Below are positions 218,101 to 228,862 of a stretch of DNA of 248,000 bases, piece by piece. The translations under genes and the position numbers were made by a program. Each line of letters opens with the position of its first letter. Positions within the stretch are counted from its first letter, which is position 1. The notes under the pieces are model-generated. The model saw only the letters and a program-made list of their open reading frames with translations, had not been told where the DNA came from and made no database searches. Location of the stretch: positions 20,001 through 268,000 of the forward strand of contig VRVR01000022.1 in NCBI GenBank assembly GCA_009859145.1, read 5' to 3'. The DNA comes from Andalucia godoyi And28. Taxonomy: Eukaryota > Protista > Jakobida.

Positions 218101-220932
218101 GTCTTCAGCAAGTTTCGATTCCAAAATGTGCTCTTCCACGACAGAGTCCAATGCTTCAAGAGACTCGGAGACGGACACCGCACTGCGGCGTCCCGAGTGC
218201 CACGAGGCATGGTCATCATGATCCCCGAATGACTCAACTGATTCAAACGACTCGGAGTAAGCAACGCTGGCTGTGTCCACCACGGACGAAGTCTCCGTGG
218301 ACTTTGCTTCGGAAAATGTTCCATTCTGTCGCTGTGTCGCAGAAGCGTACAACAATTCGTCAGATCGTCGCTTTTCATACTCTCGAGACGTTGATTGTTC
218401 AGACGGCGAGGAAACACCACCAAAACTGGACAGTGACCCTTCAATGGCATCGTCGATGACTGAGGACTCTGGTGATGATCCTTGCACATTCGACCTTGCC
218501 GTCGACAAACTCTCAAAGGATTCCTCGTCATAGTCACCACCCATCTGCGGAGCTTCTGTTTTCGCTGGAACTTGGGAAACCGCGGAAACACCGGCGGCGG
218601 CTTTCTTCAATGTACCAGAGCCGGCAGCAGAAGTAAGGGCAGGAGTCGGTTCCGCAGCGGCAATCGGCATGGCGGGCGGTCTCGGGATGCGATGCTCAAT
218701 AGCAGCCTTCAAAATCTCATATTCATCTTCAAAGTTTGTTTGCACACCAAAGTCCAAGTGCTTCTCAGCAGGCGCAAGACGTACTTCCTCGTTTCGTGCG
218801 GCAGCCCTCAATGGAGCATAGGACGGTGCATTCGTCAGACGGGGGCTCTCATCATGCTGCAGATCCGTTGTTTCAGCTCGCATTGCAGATTTCAAAAATT
218901 CCAACTCCTGCTCAAAGTTCGTCTGAATGCCCAAATCACCTGTTTGCAGGACTCTGGACGCCCCAGAGCTTAAGGGGGTCTCCTTAAGCGGCGCAGGGCT
219001 GACCGCAGAAGCAACAGCTGCATCAGCGGAAGCGGATACGGGAACCGCAGCAGCACGGGAAGCATTCTTGGCATCGTCAACGGAGCGGACATAGAGCATT
219101 TGAGCAAGCGACATGTTCTCCCTCTGCGCCTCTGACTGTTGCTTCATTCTCTCGAGTTCTGCAATGCGAAGCTCGAGATCATGCATCGAAAACAAGTATT
219201 CCTGGTGAAGTTTGAATCTGGAAAACAAGGATTTCGGACTCATCAACCCTGAAGACGCAGTCGATGTCGAATCGTTGACCGTACGTGCCAGCTCATCCTC
219301 AAACGGATCCTCCGATCCGGATTCGACCAGAGAACGCCGACGGGGTTTTCGTCGGGGAATCGAAACTGAGGAAGCGGAAGAAATTGAAGCATCTGCAACA
219401 ACGGCAGGTGAAGACGGTGCTTGCCAGCTCTTCCTTTGCGGAGGTCTCGTCTGTCTTCGTTTCGGCCTTGGAGGAGATATTGACTGCCCTTTGCTTCGAG
219501 GAGAACGGAGGACGTTGGATACAGGAGAACTAGGAGCAGATGACGACAGCACCTTACCAGAATGCGGTGCATTGGACAGCGCAGTGCGGGAACTCATAAT
219601 CCTCGAGTACAACACATCCAGTACGGTCGGCCCGGTCACTGCATAGGACTTGACAGCATCTCGAAGCACATCGTTTAGCGAAGCTCTATTTGGCCCTCTC
219701 ACAAACGATTTCTGTCCCCGAGAATCCGCAGAACCTAACAGAACATCCGATGGAGGCGAAGGGGACGAAGGAGACTGCTTTTTCTCGAACAGCGACTTCT
219801 TCGCATTCTTTTTTGCACGTGTAGCGACTTCTCGGCGAAAAGCAGACAATTTGGCTTGAAAAGATCTTCGGACAATCCAGCCACGAAAAATGGTCTGTAT
219901 TTGGATGGCGGCCGCGTGATTTCTGGCGGAACGCGTGTAGTTCGTTTCTGCCACGATTGCCTGTGTGCCGACGGCGGAAGGCAAAGCATGTTTCACAACT
220001 GGAACCGCAGCAAAGGTCTCGGCACGGTGCACGCTGGAGCAATCGGAACCTCCGTTCGCGTGATCGTCTTTGTCCATGTGAATAACCGATGATTCGCCAT
220101 CACCTGCATCTGTGTCTGCGTCCCATCCAGCCGCGCTCTCGGAAAGTGCCATCGGGGACAGCTGCACGCCAGCATCTGCTGCCGACATTTCCATTTGAGA
220201 TGCTTCATCGTGAACGTAGACTTCTTCTTCTTCTTCTTCCTCCTCCACCACCTCCTCTTCATCTTCGACTGTTGCCGTGGGCTCCGCGTTCTCATTTTGA
220301 TCTGACTGTGAAAGAGATTGAGAAATGGAGCGAATCCGCTCTTGCAAACTTGATGCAGCCTCTCGAATTTTCGAGGATCGACTGGCATTGGGAAGATCCA
220401 TCGGAGGTGGGACAGCAGCAGCTGTCGACACGGATAATTGTGAAGGAACAACGTCCCGCACAGGAATGACAGGAGGCCTGGAAGCACTAAGGAGCGGCTG
220501 GGAAGACGAAAAAGAAGAGAGCGGCGGTTGAGAACCAGATGGAACGTCGACTGGTCTGGCAGATCTGGCTTGCGGGACCGGCCTTCTGGGAACCTTGGCA
220601 GTAAGAATTGCTTCGCAGGATTCTAAAATGACCTTCATCAAATCCCGTTCTTGCATGTCTTCGTGAGAAACCGGCTGCCGCGCGGTCGATAGCTCTTTTG
220701 CGACATCCAATGTCTTCTTTGGTGCAGACTCTAGAGCCTTTTGCAGAGCTTGCTTCCTCTCGTCTTCGAGTACCCTCAGTTTGGCCTCTCGTTCTGTCTT
220801 CTGAGCTGAAAGCGCCCGCTTTTTCTCTACGCTCTCCTTGAACAGCTTCTTCTTTTGTTCTAGGATATACTGAGAAGCCGCTGCATGCCTTGCAGATGCT
220901 TCCTTTGCCTTTTTCTCTTTCAACTCCTTCAC
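215116..220932 (-). CDS. CEP350-like centrosomal protein (IQ motif, acidic, DUF4378-like C-terminus)
   Basis: IQTIFRGW; C-terminal EW..EEQIV..LVDEIFDFLL.DT. Confidence 0.6.
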   Translation of the reverse strand: MKELKEKKAKEASARHAAASQYILEQKKKLFKESVEKKRALSAQKTEREAKLRVLEDERKQALQKALESAPKKTLDVAKELSTARQPVSHEDMQERDLMKVILESCEAILTAKVPRRPVPQARSARPVDVPSGSQPPLSSFSSSQPLLSASRPPVIPVRDVVPSQLSVSTAAAVPPPMDLPNASRSSKIREAASSLQERIRSISQSLSQSDQNENAEPTATVEDEEEVVEEEEEEEEVYVHDEASQMEMSAADAGVQLSPMALSESAAGWDADTDAGDGESSVIHMDKDDHANGGSDCSSVHRAETFAAVPVVKHALPSAVGTQAIVAETNYTRSARNHAAAIQIQTIFRGWIVRRSFQAKLSAFRREVATRAKKNAKKSLFEKKQSPSSPSPPSDVLLGSADSRGQKSFVRGPNRASLNDVLRDAVKSYAVTGPTVLDVLYSRIMSSRTALSNAPHSGKVLSSSAPSSPVSNVLRSPRSKGQSISPPRPKRRQTRPPQRKSWQAPSSPAVVADASISSASSVSIPRRKPRRRSLVESGSEDPFEDELARTVNDSTSTASSGLMSPKSLFSRFKLHQEYLFSMHDLELRIAELERMKQQSEAQRENMSLAQMLYVRSVDDAKNASRAAAVPVSASADAAVASAVSPAPLKETPLSSGASRVLQTGDLGIQTNFEQELEFLKSAMRAETTDLQHDESPRLTNAPSYAPLRAAARNEEVRLAPAEKHLDFGVQTNFEDEYEILKAAIEHRIPRPPAMPIAAAEPTPALTSAAGSGTLKKAAAGVSAVSQVPAKTEAPQMGGDYDEESFESLSTARSNVQGSSPESSVIDDAIEGSLSSFGGVSSPSEQSTSREYEKRRSDELLYASATQRQNGTFSEAKSTETSSVVDTASVAYSESFESVESFGDHDDHASWHSGRRSAVSVSESLEALDSVVEEHILESKLAEDHVPDEPSVAAQPSETFAKAHEGVSPLSSKYPVAAAPVAVDRVAEDVEDVSSFVGTSTSSPEIADETEAISLPAAEVELAERNADQSNSVSAPYSLGSDVSLYSSVGKQSVDSTGAYSESFESFSSEKGVHNSQSLSVVSDSMDEAPVLEELDHAIENSPIDRQHFDTVPETQMSEDLPFRLNAEKQQQQQQQEEEEDVTVDDDVEAIGFSDEETDAPNLLMTAESPKSQKASLVAVPVVDSERVIGDKQEAQRNETSSQDLTLEAVSGAVGGVPAANIDTVVEVPIDEDIVDAVEDEQFSDDFETFSDVGHPAPKDAAVRSPENAVQRDQIPSLTESVGSEAYSESFETLSTHDSADLSGVNKSVASPLLLPAGRSEELETHSVASVKLPVVIESSVEEDIVEMIDEEENGYTPLSESLDDASLNESPTSESAFATVQHSKMDSIGVSESQAMPEAPFALASALSSFEEKTKAKNSSEAVDQVLDSVIDGLINQVLLEISAQPAPDETLPSKMIDLGQSAEFLQSFRKDVPPISTSYESLSGSSDSGVAAATPLGSDAKKGLSSASFVDEIAVSQEAALESPSDIDKVTVPVASMIDMMSSVEVKLNEVEEEEEEEEEFSEEGGIDREEIVESIELVADELLEEILAQLIAEEDASHSGEDSDDNLSVSSVVEHDVDDVDSAVPQEVLSALSENKRIVVTSQTIENLTDEILSELLVLALNEKPDRPHLPPTSSVSAARRGQHRRTDHITSTDLDELDEDLYDFSNVGRRPRPSSTTTASTTSPASASTSTASKIAVNAETAPQKLTDASVVPTDAMVRGYVKSVMDEYLKQVSDPMASDWIIPLPIFLRMATTTNVPEPLQIFQKGLFDACQQAVLCFASFFQGRMPEGVPIPLALRGLSARLRFSSRSHWKENCRDYVEKLVLSWKNSLRISEITDVERSVFDELRNRNEEWSKFSSDEEQIVGSLVDEIFDFLLLDTACEMERMQQLVIAM

Positions 220933-221024
220933 TGCAACATTCGCGGGAAAAAGAAAAAAAACAAAAAAGAAGAAAGGAAGAAAAGCAGTTCAAAGGTAAC
221001 AATACTTCGTTAATTCCGTACAAT

Positions 221025-221831
221025 TCAAAAAAAGACACCAAAACATTCGATACGAAAGAAAAACAAGATTAACATACGCGCCACCTCTTCCGCAGACATC
221101 TTGTTCTTCGGCTTGAACTGGAAAAGATGTTTCTTTCCATCCACACAGACGTACGCTTTATCCTTGTACGACGAATGTTCCTTGGCTTCCGAGATCTTTG
221201 GAACCTTTAGGAGAGTTAGTTCTTTGGAATTGTTATTCAATGACGCGAGTCTCGCTGTCAACTTGGCGTGCAAACCATCTGGATTGGAATGTCCATTCGC
221301 TGCTGCTGGCAATGCAGCATGAGAAGTCTGAGAAGTCGATGATGGCCTTCCAAGAGACGGCTTCGCACTTGCAGGGCGGACTGCGGATCCCTTTTGCTGG
221401 ATTATTGCGGCAGGCTTACTCGAAGATTTGGACGAAGGAGCAGCATCAGCAGCTGTTGACGGTCTTTTCAACGCGGAGGGCTCTGGTCGCGCATGCTCCC
221501 TCGCTGGGATCTCGGATTCCGACAAGAGGCTGTCAAAGTCGTCGTGATACAATTCCTCGTTTTTCCTGGAGGACTCAGATGGGCAGTGATGATCCTCGAT
221601 TTCAGCCTGAGAGCAGTTTGATCCATCCACATGATTTTGCATTTCATCCTCGACCAAAATGGACGGTTTCACAACAGAGCAACTACATGTTTGAATGAAA
221701 AACCACGCCTTCTTGTTAGAATACCATACCAAACCAGAAGAACATATCGATCCGCGTGTAATTTCGATGCAGAACGAGGGAAAAACATACAATAGAGTTT
221801 CCGCAGTTTGCAACTGTACAAGCCGATTCAA
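221025..221831 (-). CDS. hypothetical protein (likely spliced)
   Basis: ORF track. Confidence 0.35.
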   Translation of the reverse strand: MNRLVQLQTAETLLYVFPSFCIEITRGSICSSGLVWYSNKKAWFFIQTCSCSVVKPSILVEDEMQNHVDGSNCSQAEIEDHHCPSESSRKNEELYHDDFDSLLSESEIPAREHARPEPSALKRPSTAADAAPSSKSSSKPAAIIQQKGSAVRPASAKPSLGRPSSTSQTSHAALPAAANGHSNPDGLHAKLTARLASLNNNSKELTLLKVPKISEAKEHSSYKDKAYVCVDGKKHLFQFKPKNKMSAEEVARMLILFFFRIECFGVFF

Positions 221832-222102
221832 GTCCAGATCTTGTTGCTCAACTCCCTAAACAGTGTGTACGCACAAACATCGAAATGTGCATTCATGGGT
221901 GAGTATTGCAGAAAAAAACACAGAGCACATAAGTGACAAGGAAAGGAAAGGCAGACAGAAGACATACTTCTTGGATAGACAATGCGTCTGTCACAGATCC
222001 AGCAAACCCGAACGAACCACACCAACAGATAAGCAACAGCGAATAATTTTCACAACATGAGTGAGCACAAGTTTCCAAAGAAGAAGGAACACACACGCAC
222101 AC

Positions 222103-222149
<47 letters not shown>

Positions 222150-222465
222150 GAAGTAAAGCATACCGTTGAGATGGCCCACAGAGACGACGCGATAATTATC
222201 AGACATGTGCACGTCTAGCAGGGTTCGACAAATAAACCCACCAACTAACCAACTATTACGTGAATATAAGAAAAAACAAAATAATGAATGAAAGAAGAAG
222301 AAGACTAAGCGAACACGATGATGAAAAAACTTTTCTTTTGTGTTGCCTGGATATAATTGTGAGGCAGCAAATCAAATAACGGGAATATTTACAGTCGCGG
222401 CCGCCCGTGGTGGCGTCAATAGTATCATGGTTCCCCGTTTTCAAGCTTCTTCTCCCAGAAAGAGC

Positions 222466-223869
222466 CTAAAAATCGGGCATGAGTCGTGAGGCATCCAATT
222501 GCTCTTCAGACGGAGGTTCTTCACGCTGGATACGCGTCCATTCTTGCACAATGTCCTGGAGAGCACCTGCACTGTCTCGAAACAGCGTCTTTGTGTCGTC
222601 GCCTTCTCCAGCGTACTCTTCGTAATGATGCAGATAGACCTTGCGCTTGAAGAGCTTATTGAACCGTGAAAGCATGCGATCTCCAATTTCCGCCATACAG
222701 CAATTATTCGACAACGTCAACAGAGAATACGGGACTTTTGGCGCCACCGGCGGAAACGAGCACAGGCCGATCTTGAAGCCATCCGAATTCCAATGGGCGA
222801 ATGTCAGTTCTGGTCGCAGTCGCATGATATTATTGTTGATGTCAGACACTTCGACATTTCCTCGAACAAGCAGACCACATGCAAGGTACTTGAAAGACCT
222901 TGGATTGCACTCCACCAACTGCGACTCCTTGTTGAAAGCATCCGTGAACATCTGATTCACGTGTCGTGGAGCTGCGGTTTGCACCGGAACGTTCTTCGGT
223001 GCGGAGGAGATCACTGGAGAAAGGGACGGAATCAAAAAATGCAGTCGCGGGTATGGAACGAGGTTCATCGTGATTTCGTTGAGATCGATATTCAGCTTCC
223101 CGGGAAACCGCATCGAGGATGTGAGATGGGTCAGCAAATTGGCTGCAATTGTATTCATTGCCTCAAACGCCTCGCTCTTCTTTCCGTCAGGGTTGATCAT
223201 ACCGGAAGAAGACGCCAACCGAGCTAGCGCAGTGTTCTCGACTGGAAGCACACAATCCGCATGCTCAATCAGCTGTCGCATTGCTAACACGGAGTTGTAT
223301 GGCGACGTGACGACGTCATCGTCTGCCGAGGGAAATACCGCGTTCACGAAGCGGTATACATCTGGAAATCGATCCTCAAGCATGTTGAGGATATAGGTGC
223401 CGAGGCCAGATCCTGTGCCACCGCCCATGGAGTGAATGAGAAAGAAAGACTGCAGAGACTCGCACATTTCCGCCTGTTTCCTTACAGATTCTTCAATCAC
223501 ATCGCTGTACGCAGGCCCATAGTGACAGAATCCGTGTGCCCAGTTGTTTCCAGAGCCGGAATTCGCAGTGATACATTGCGTGTCTGGGTCAAATAAGCTT
223601 CCCAACACGGACCGTTGGGTGTAGTGGTTCACAACGCTTTCTTCCATATCCACCAAAACCGCACGAGCTCTCAAGTGGGAAACCTTGGAATTCAGCGGCA
223701 GCGACGATCCTTCCTCATCGAGATTTCGAAAGAACGACGCCATCGAATCATCAAACACCTTTTTCGAGTATACCGTGTGCTCTTTCAGCGCAGTGTCCCA
223801 AAATCGGCAGCCAATTTGGTTGCCACACTGTCCAATTTGGATCGTAATCAACTCTCTACTCGACATCAA
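222466..223869 (-). CDS. TUBE1: epsilon-tubulin
   Basis: ELITIQIGQCGNQIGCRFW, GSGNNWAHG, HSMGGGTGSG, KVYLHHY. Confidence 0.9.
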   Translation of the reverse strand: MMSSRELITIQIGQCGNQIGCRFWDTALKEHTVYSKKVFDDSMASFFRNLDEEGSSLPLNSKVSHLRARAVLVDMEESVVNHYTQRSVLGSLFDPDTQCITANSGSGNNWAHGFCHYGPAYSDVIEESVRKQAEMCESLQSFFLIHSMGGGTGSGLGTYILNMLEDRFPDVYRFVNAVFPSADDDVVTSPYNSVLAMRQLIEHADCVLPVENTALARLASSSGMINPDGKKSEAFEAMNTIAANLLTHLTSSMRFPGKLNIDLNEITMNLVPYPRLHFLIPSLSPVISSAPKNVPVQTAAPRHVNQMFTDAFNKESQLVECNPRSFKYLACGLLVRGNVEVSDINNNIMRLRPELTFAHWNSDGFKIGLCSFPPVAPKVPYSLLTLSNNCCMAEIGDRMLSRFNKLFKRKVYLHHYEEYAGEGDDTKTLFRDSAGALQDIVQEWTRIQREEPPSEEQLDASRLMPDF

Positions 223870-224280
223870 GGGTCGTTTTTTCCCCTTCTCTTTGGGCTGT
223901 CTATCTTTTCTTTTCCTTTCTTTTTTTTAAAAAAAAAATCTTTTCCCCTTTCCCCTCTTTCTTTTTGTATCACCCTACTTCCCAACAGCAAACAGCTAAC
224001 AGCAACGTCTATATTTGCAAACAGCACTGGGCCTCCTTCTTCCAAAAAACAAAACCAAAACCAAAACCAAAACCAAGGCAAATAACCATGAAAAACACAA
224101 AGGAAGCAGTGGTTGAGTCTCGGGAATGTCTCCCGCTGAAAACTGGTGTCTCTTGCATTTTCACTACTTGGTGTTTCTCAAGTTGGCCAGGTTTTCGAAG
224201 AGTCTCATCATGCAGATTAGGGGGTCTTAGAGGTATACTTGTTTCTGGTGTTTGAAGATCTGGTCTCGAGAGCCATACAC

Positions 224281-226599
224281 ATGTTTCGTAGCGTTGGAGT
224301 ACTTTTGCGTGGAAGAAGAGGATTTGATCGGGGTTTCTGCAATGTCCCTCATCTCGTGACCATTCGGCTGTTTTCTGCACTTCCGGCAGACGCATCGGCA
224401 GAAGTGGTGAATACACTGAAACCAAAGACCAAGAGAAAGAGCTTGCGTGACCAGAATGCAGAGATGCACCTCAACGCTGGATCCGGAGTCATTTTTTCAG
224501 CCGAGGAAACGCTGGAGCAAGAACGAAATGTGTTTTTCTCGTCGAATGCTGTGCATGTTCCGTCGCACGAGATTGAGGATTTGCTGCGAGACAATGGGCT
224601 GGATTTTCGGGCTTCGGATGACCACTTTATTGTGCGGCTGTGCCCCTTTTGTCACCCGATCAAGGATGTTGCAAGTAATATGTACAAGTTGTATGTTCAT
224701 CGCACCAAAGGACTGTATTGCTGTCATCGCTGCCGAGCGCGTGGACAGTACTCGGACTTGGTTCGGAAACTGAGCAAAGAAGTGGACCTGAGTTCGCTTC
224801 CCGAGTCTTCATATTCGTCCTCGATGACCGCGGATGCGCATGGTGCCTCAGTATCCACGACCAGTAACTTGATGGCTGGGTCACAACCGAAGAATACCAG
224901 CAATTCCGTGTACACTGGGTCCGCGAACGCCATTGGTTCCGAGTCGCTCAAGCTTGCGCACGATCAGTCTGTGGAGGACCTTTTCAAGAACCCAAAGTTC
225001 GTCGGAGCGCTGCAGTACCTCCAGAGTGTTCGGGGATTCAACCACGACACTATTCGAGCGTATCGTGTGGGCGCGAAGATCCATTCTTTCTTCGAGCCGA
225101 AAGCTGGCGCGTCTCCAATGGATGTCAAGTCAATGGATCGCGTGGAAAAGCACGTATTCGCGTTCCCCTGGTTTGGACCACCAAAAATGTCAGAATTGAT
225201 GGATCCCAAGTCTTCTCTGGTGATTCGGAGGTTGAAGATCAGGAGCGTGGATGACAAATCCAAAATGGCGCTCTATCCCGCTGGCGCGAACTGGGGGCTG
225301 TTTGGATGGCATCTGATTCACAAGATGGTGCAAAATGGAGACGCTGTGGATTCGGTCGTGTTGACGGAAGGAGAATTTGATGCAATGGCGGTGTATCAGT
225401 CCACAGGCATCCCCGCGCTGTCGCTGCCCAACGGCGCCTCGTCGCTGCCAGAAGAATGCGTCGATTTCCTTAGCCCGTTTTCTCGTATCATTTTATGGAT
225501 GGACAACGATCAGGCAGGTGTGGAGGGCGCGAGACGATTTGCTGAAAAACTTGGAATTGAACGCTGTTTCATTGTCGGTTTTGATGACCCGAAAGCACCA
225601 AAGGATGCGAACGATGCGTTGCGTGCAAAGATGGACATGAAGAAGATGATCGACGCATCCAAACAGCTGAATCATAAGGCAATCTGCTCCATGCGAGATC
225701 TTGCAACCTCCATTCGTGTGCAGTTGGCCAATCCGGAAAAACTCGCTGGAATATCCTTCACGTCCTTGCCGAAGTTCACGCAGATTATCAAGGGCCATAG
225801 AAGAGGCGAAGTCACGATATTTTCTGGCCCCACCGGCATTGGGAAAACGACCATTCTGTCCCAAATGTCATTGGATTTGTCGATGCAGGGAGTGTCCACT
225901 CTGTGGGGCTCTTTTGAAATTCCGCTAAGTACCTTTGCGAGAAAACTGTTGCAACAGTTCGCGGCCGCCCCCATTGAGGCAGAGCAGGTTCCCGAGCTGA
226001 TCGACCAGTTCGAGTCCTCGGTGCAGATGTACTTTCTGCGGTTTTTCGGCTCCACGAAATTGCAAGACGTGTTGACGGCGATGCGATTTGCGATTGTTCG
226101 GTATGACGTAGGGCACGTCATTATCGACAATTTGCAGTTCATGACGTCTGGCCAGGCGATGGGGGTTGGCAAGTTTGATTTGCAAGAAAAGGCAATTGAG
226201 GAATTTCGGTCCTTTGCCACGCGCAACAACGTTCATGTGACTCTTGTTGTTCATCCAAGAAAAGAAGACGATGATCTGCCCTTGTCGCTTGCTTCTGTGT
226301 TTGGGAGTGCCAAAGCAACGCAAGAAGCAGACAACGTAGTTTTCATTCAGAGATACAAGGGAGATCTGTATCGTTTCCTGGACGTGAAGAAGAATCGATT
226401 TGACGGCTGTGTTGGCTCTGTTCCGTATCGCTTCGAACACGAAACAAACCGCATCTATGAGATGACCAACGACGAAGTCCAAGGAGTGCTGGGAAATTCC
226501 CAGATGTCGGATGCCGGTTCATCGTCTCCAGGTTTGTTCAAGTCTGGCGACAGTCCGCGGCGGTTTCAAAAGCCGACGTATAAACCGTCGCGTTCGTGA
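224281..226599 (+). CDS. TWNK: mitochondrial Twinkle primase-helicase
   Basis: CPFC..CHRC Zn domain, TEGEFD and DND TOPRIM motifs, GPTGIGKT, IIDNLQF, HPRK. Confidence 0.92.
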   Translation: MFRSVGVLLRGRRGFDRGFCNVPHLVTIRLFSALPADASAEVVNTLKPKTKRKSLRDQNAEMHLNAGSGVIFSAEETLEQERNVFFSSNAVHVPSHEIEDLLRDNGLDFRASDDHFIVRLCPFCHPIKDVASNMYKLYVHRTKGLYCCHRCRARGQYSDLVRKLSKEVDLSSLPESSYSSSMTADAHGASVSTTSNLMAGSQPKNTSNSVYTGSANAIGSESLKLAHDQSVEDLFKNPKFVGALQYLQSVRGFNHDTIRAYRVGAKIHSFFEPKAGASPMDVKSMDRVEKHVFAFPWFGPPKMSELMDPKSSLVIRRLKIRSVDDKSKMALYPAGANWGLFGWHLIHKMVQNGDAVDSVVLTEGEFDAMAVYQSTGIPALSLPNGASSLPEECVDFLSPFSRIILWMDNDQAGVEGARRFAEKLGIERCFIVGFDDPKAPKDANDALRAKMDMKKMIDASKQLNHKAICSMRDLATSIRVQLANPEKLAGISFTSLPKFTQIIKGHRRGEVTIFSGPTGIGKTTILSQMSLDLSMQGVSTLWGSFEIPLSTFARKLLQQFAAAPIEAEQVPELIDQFESSVQMYFLRFFGSTKLQDVLTAMRFAIVRYDVGHVIIDNLQFMTSGQAMGVGKFDLQEKAIEEFRSFATRNNVHVTLVVHPRKEDDDLPLSLASVFGSAKATQEADNVVFIQRYKGDLYRFLDVKKNRFDGCVGSVPYRFEHETNRIYEMTNDEVQGVLGNSQMSDAGSSSPGLFKSGDSPRRFQKPTYKPSRS

Positions 226600-226714
226600 A
226601 AAACGGTGCCCATACTGCGAACACCCCTGCGCACGCTGCAAAAATAAAAAAAAAATGCCAAGAATGTTATGTAAACAGATCTATACTGTTTGCTGTAAAT
226701 ATAAAAATGAACCG

Positions 226715-227069
226715 TTGAATAATAGCAGTCTGATGCTGACGTGGGGCCACTACCAATTCCAGCAACGTTTGTTCCATAGGGCGACCGAGTAGCGCAAGCG
226801 CGATGTTGCCATTGTGACGGAGGAGTACACATCCAAAACGTGCGGGCGCTGCGGGTAAGATCCCATGCACGTCGAGGCGGAAGCAGCAAAGTGTTTGCAT
226901 GTCCCGCGTGTAGCTCGCAGATTGATCGAGATTGGGATCGGAGCGCAGAACATCTATCTGAAGAACGCCGTGAGGCGTGTTGGGGCCGATCCCCTTCCCG
227001 GCAACGGGATGCAAGATTGAATATGCATGCCTATTCGTAGATATGCATGTTCACTGTATAATGTAGGCG
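226715..227069 (+). mobile_element. Fanzor2/IS607-like element A6
   Basis: ACCG|TTGAATAA; VTEEYTSKTCGRCG / GGSSKVFACPAC..IDRDW / GAQNIYLKN; TAATGTAGGCG. Confidence 0.9.
226960..227069 (+). ncRNA. putative Fanzor omega-RNA scaffold (also in A1, A3, A4, A5; partial in A2)
   Basis: ACGCC-GTGA-GGCGT, TCCCG-GCAA-CGGGA and TGAATATGCAT..CTA-TTCG-TAG..ATGCATGTTCA hairpins directly before the right end. Confidence 0.65.
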
Positions 227070-228520
227070 TGTTTCAGAACAAGGCATTCAATCGACGCCT
227101 ATCGATGTGATTACCAGAATTCTCTGTCGTATTGCAACTGCGGAAAAGTCTGTTTAGGGGTCGCAAAAGGCACTCGCAAGTTTGCAAGCTCGCAAGAGTC
227201 TGCGGAGATCGGTTTTTTCCCGACTTCCGAGTCCCAGCGTGTGCGCGTGGTCTGATTCCTGGAGCCCGGAGCGGTGGGAAAATGCGTGGGCAGCCGTTCT
227301 CCACACCCCCGAAGCCCTAAATGCACGGCATGCATGGTGCATCTCCGGCTTCCGAGGAACGGAAGGATCACAAGATTCACTCTTGTTTTGGCCTGTCCGC
227401 ATGTCTGGTCTGTCGAGGGCTTCCAAGCTGCCAGCAGCGCAGTTACAAAAATGCCGCCGTACCCGCTGCTGCACGTGCCCGGGCGTCTCCCAGCAAAACA
227501 TGTCTGTCACGATCCGCGATTCCTCTTCAGAGACAAAAAGACTTGCAGGTTTGCTACGACGTCTGCGCACATCCCAGCAGTAGCAAAAGAGACGCAGATG
227601 GAATGTGATTTCAACCGTCGTATCAGACTCTTACACAGCCCTTGCGTGTAGTGACGAGCAGGATCCCTCCAGACACAAGTCGACCCACACTGCCTCAAAA
227701 AAAAAAAACCCAACCCGAGTAAAACAGAATTCGACAACAACAGGGGATGGGGAAAGTCAATGGCGACACACGTTTCCCGTAGATAGACAGCTTGTCCCGA
227801 CTGCCCCTCCCTCGTCGTCATCTATTTCCACACCCCATCTTGCGATTGTCCGGAATTCTCGGGACTTTTCAAGCACATTCATAGTCGAAAACATCCTGCT
227901 TTCCTCGTTTGCTTTTCCTTTCGTTTCCACCACGAAAGGTGTTTGTGTTTTGTTTTTGCATTCTCCTTTTCATTTATTTATTTATTTATTGGTTCCCCGC
228001 TACTACTTCTTCGTTCTTTTTATTTTATTTTATGTTATTTATCACTTTGCAACTGTATATTTAGCTGGTCTGCGTTTCCCAGGCTTATTTATATATTTAT
228101 CGCTGCGTTCGACAATCGCGTCACCTGTGTGCGACACTGTCATACATCAGTTCTTTCAGTTCCTTTGACTCACACACACAACACGTTGCAACAACAGCAA
228201 CAAGAAAAATCAACGAGTGAAAAAAAAAATAATCAAGAAAAAAGCCTATTCTTCGCTGCGCCATTGACACTGACTTGACAGCCTTTGAATATCTTGTCTC
228301 GTCGTATCCCTTCTGTTTCCATCCCCTTAGTTAGCTCCCGTTTAGAGGCGACATTTCCCCCTCGTTTTTGATTCTATTTAATTTCTATTTATTTTTTCAA
228401 AAGAGACGTTTCTCTTCTCCCCTTGTATTGCGTAGCGTGGGTTTCCCTTCCACCCCTGCATATACACTCGCATTTTCCAGCATTCTGCCCGAGTAGAATC
228501 TGCACTACACAAAAACTCTC

Positions 228521-228830
228521 ATGAGCAACCAACTGCCTTTTGGAACAGGAAACCCCTTTGTTCCTAACTTTGCCCTTTTCCAGCAGCAGCAACCACAGCT
228601 ACAATCACAGCAGCAAGTCACACCCTCAAATACACAAAATCAGTCGAATCCTGGGTTGGCGTTCCCTTCCTCTATGAGCGCTGGCCAGTTGGACTCGATG
228701 CGTGCGATGGTCCAAGGTGCGTACGGCACTGGTGGATCCGGTGGCATGTCCTCCGACCAACAACAACAACAACAACAGCAGCAGCAGCAGCAACAACAAC
228801 AACAACATCATCAACAACAACAACATCATC

Positions 228831-228862
<32 letters not shown>

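Noticed and set aside
222385-222445. tRNA-like 5' start GCCCGTGGTGGCGTCAATAG
   Set aside because: No anticodon arm, T-loop or acceptor complement.
227230-227600. Cys-containing short ORFs next to A6, possible transposase CRD
   Set aside because: Spacing does not fit a piggyBac CRD and there is no second copy.
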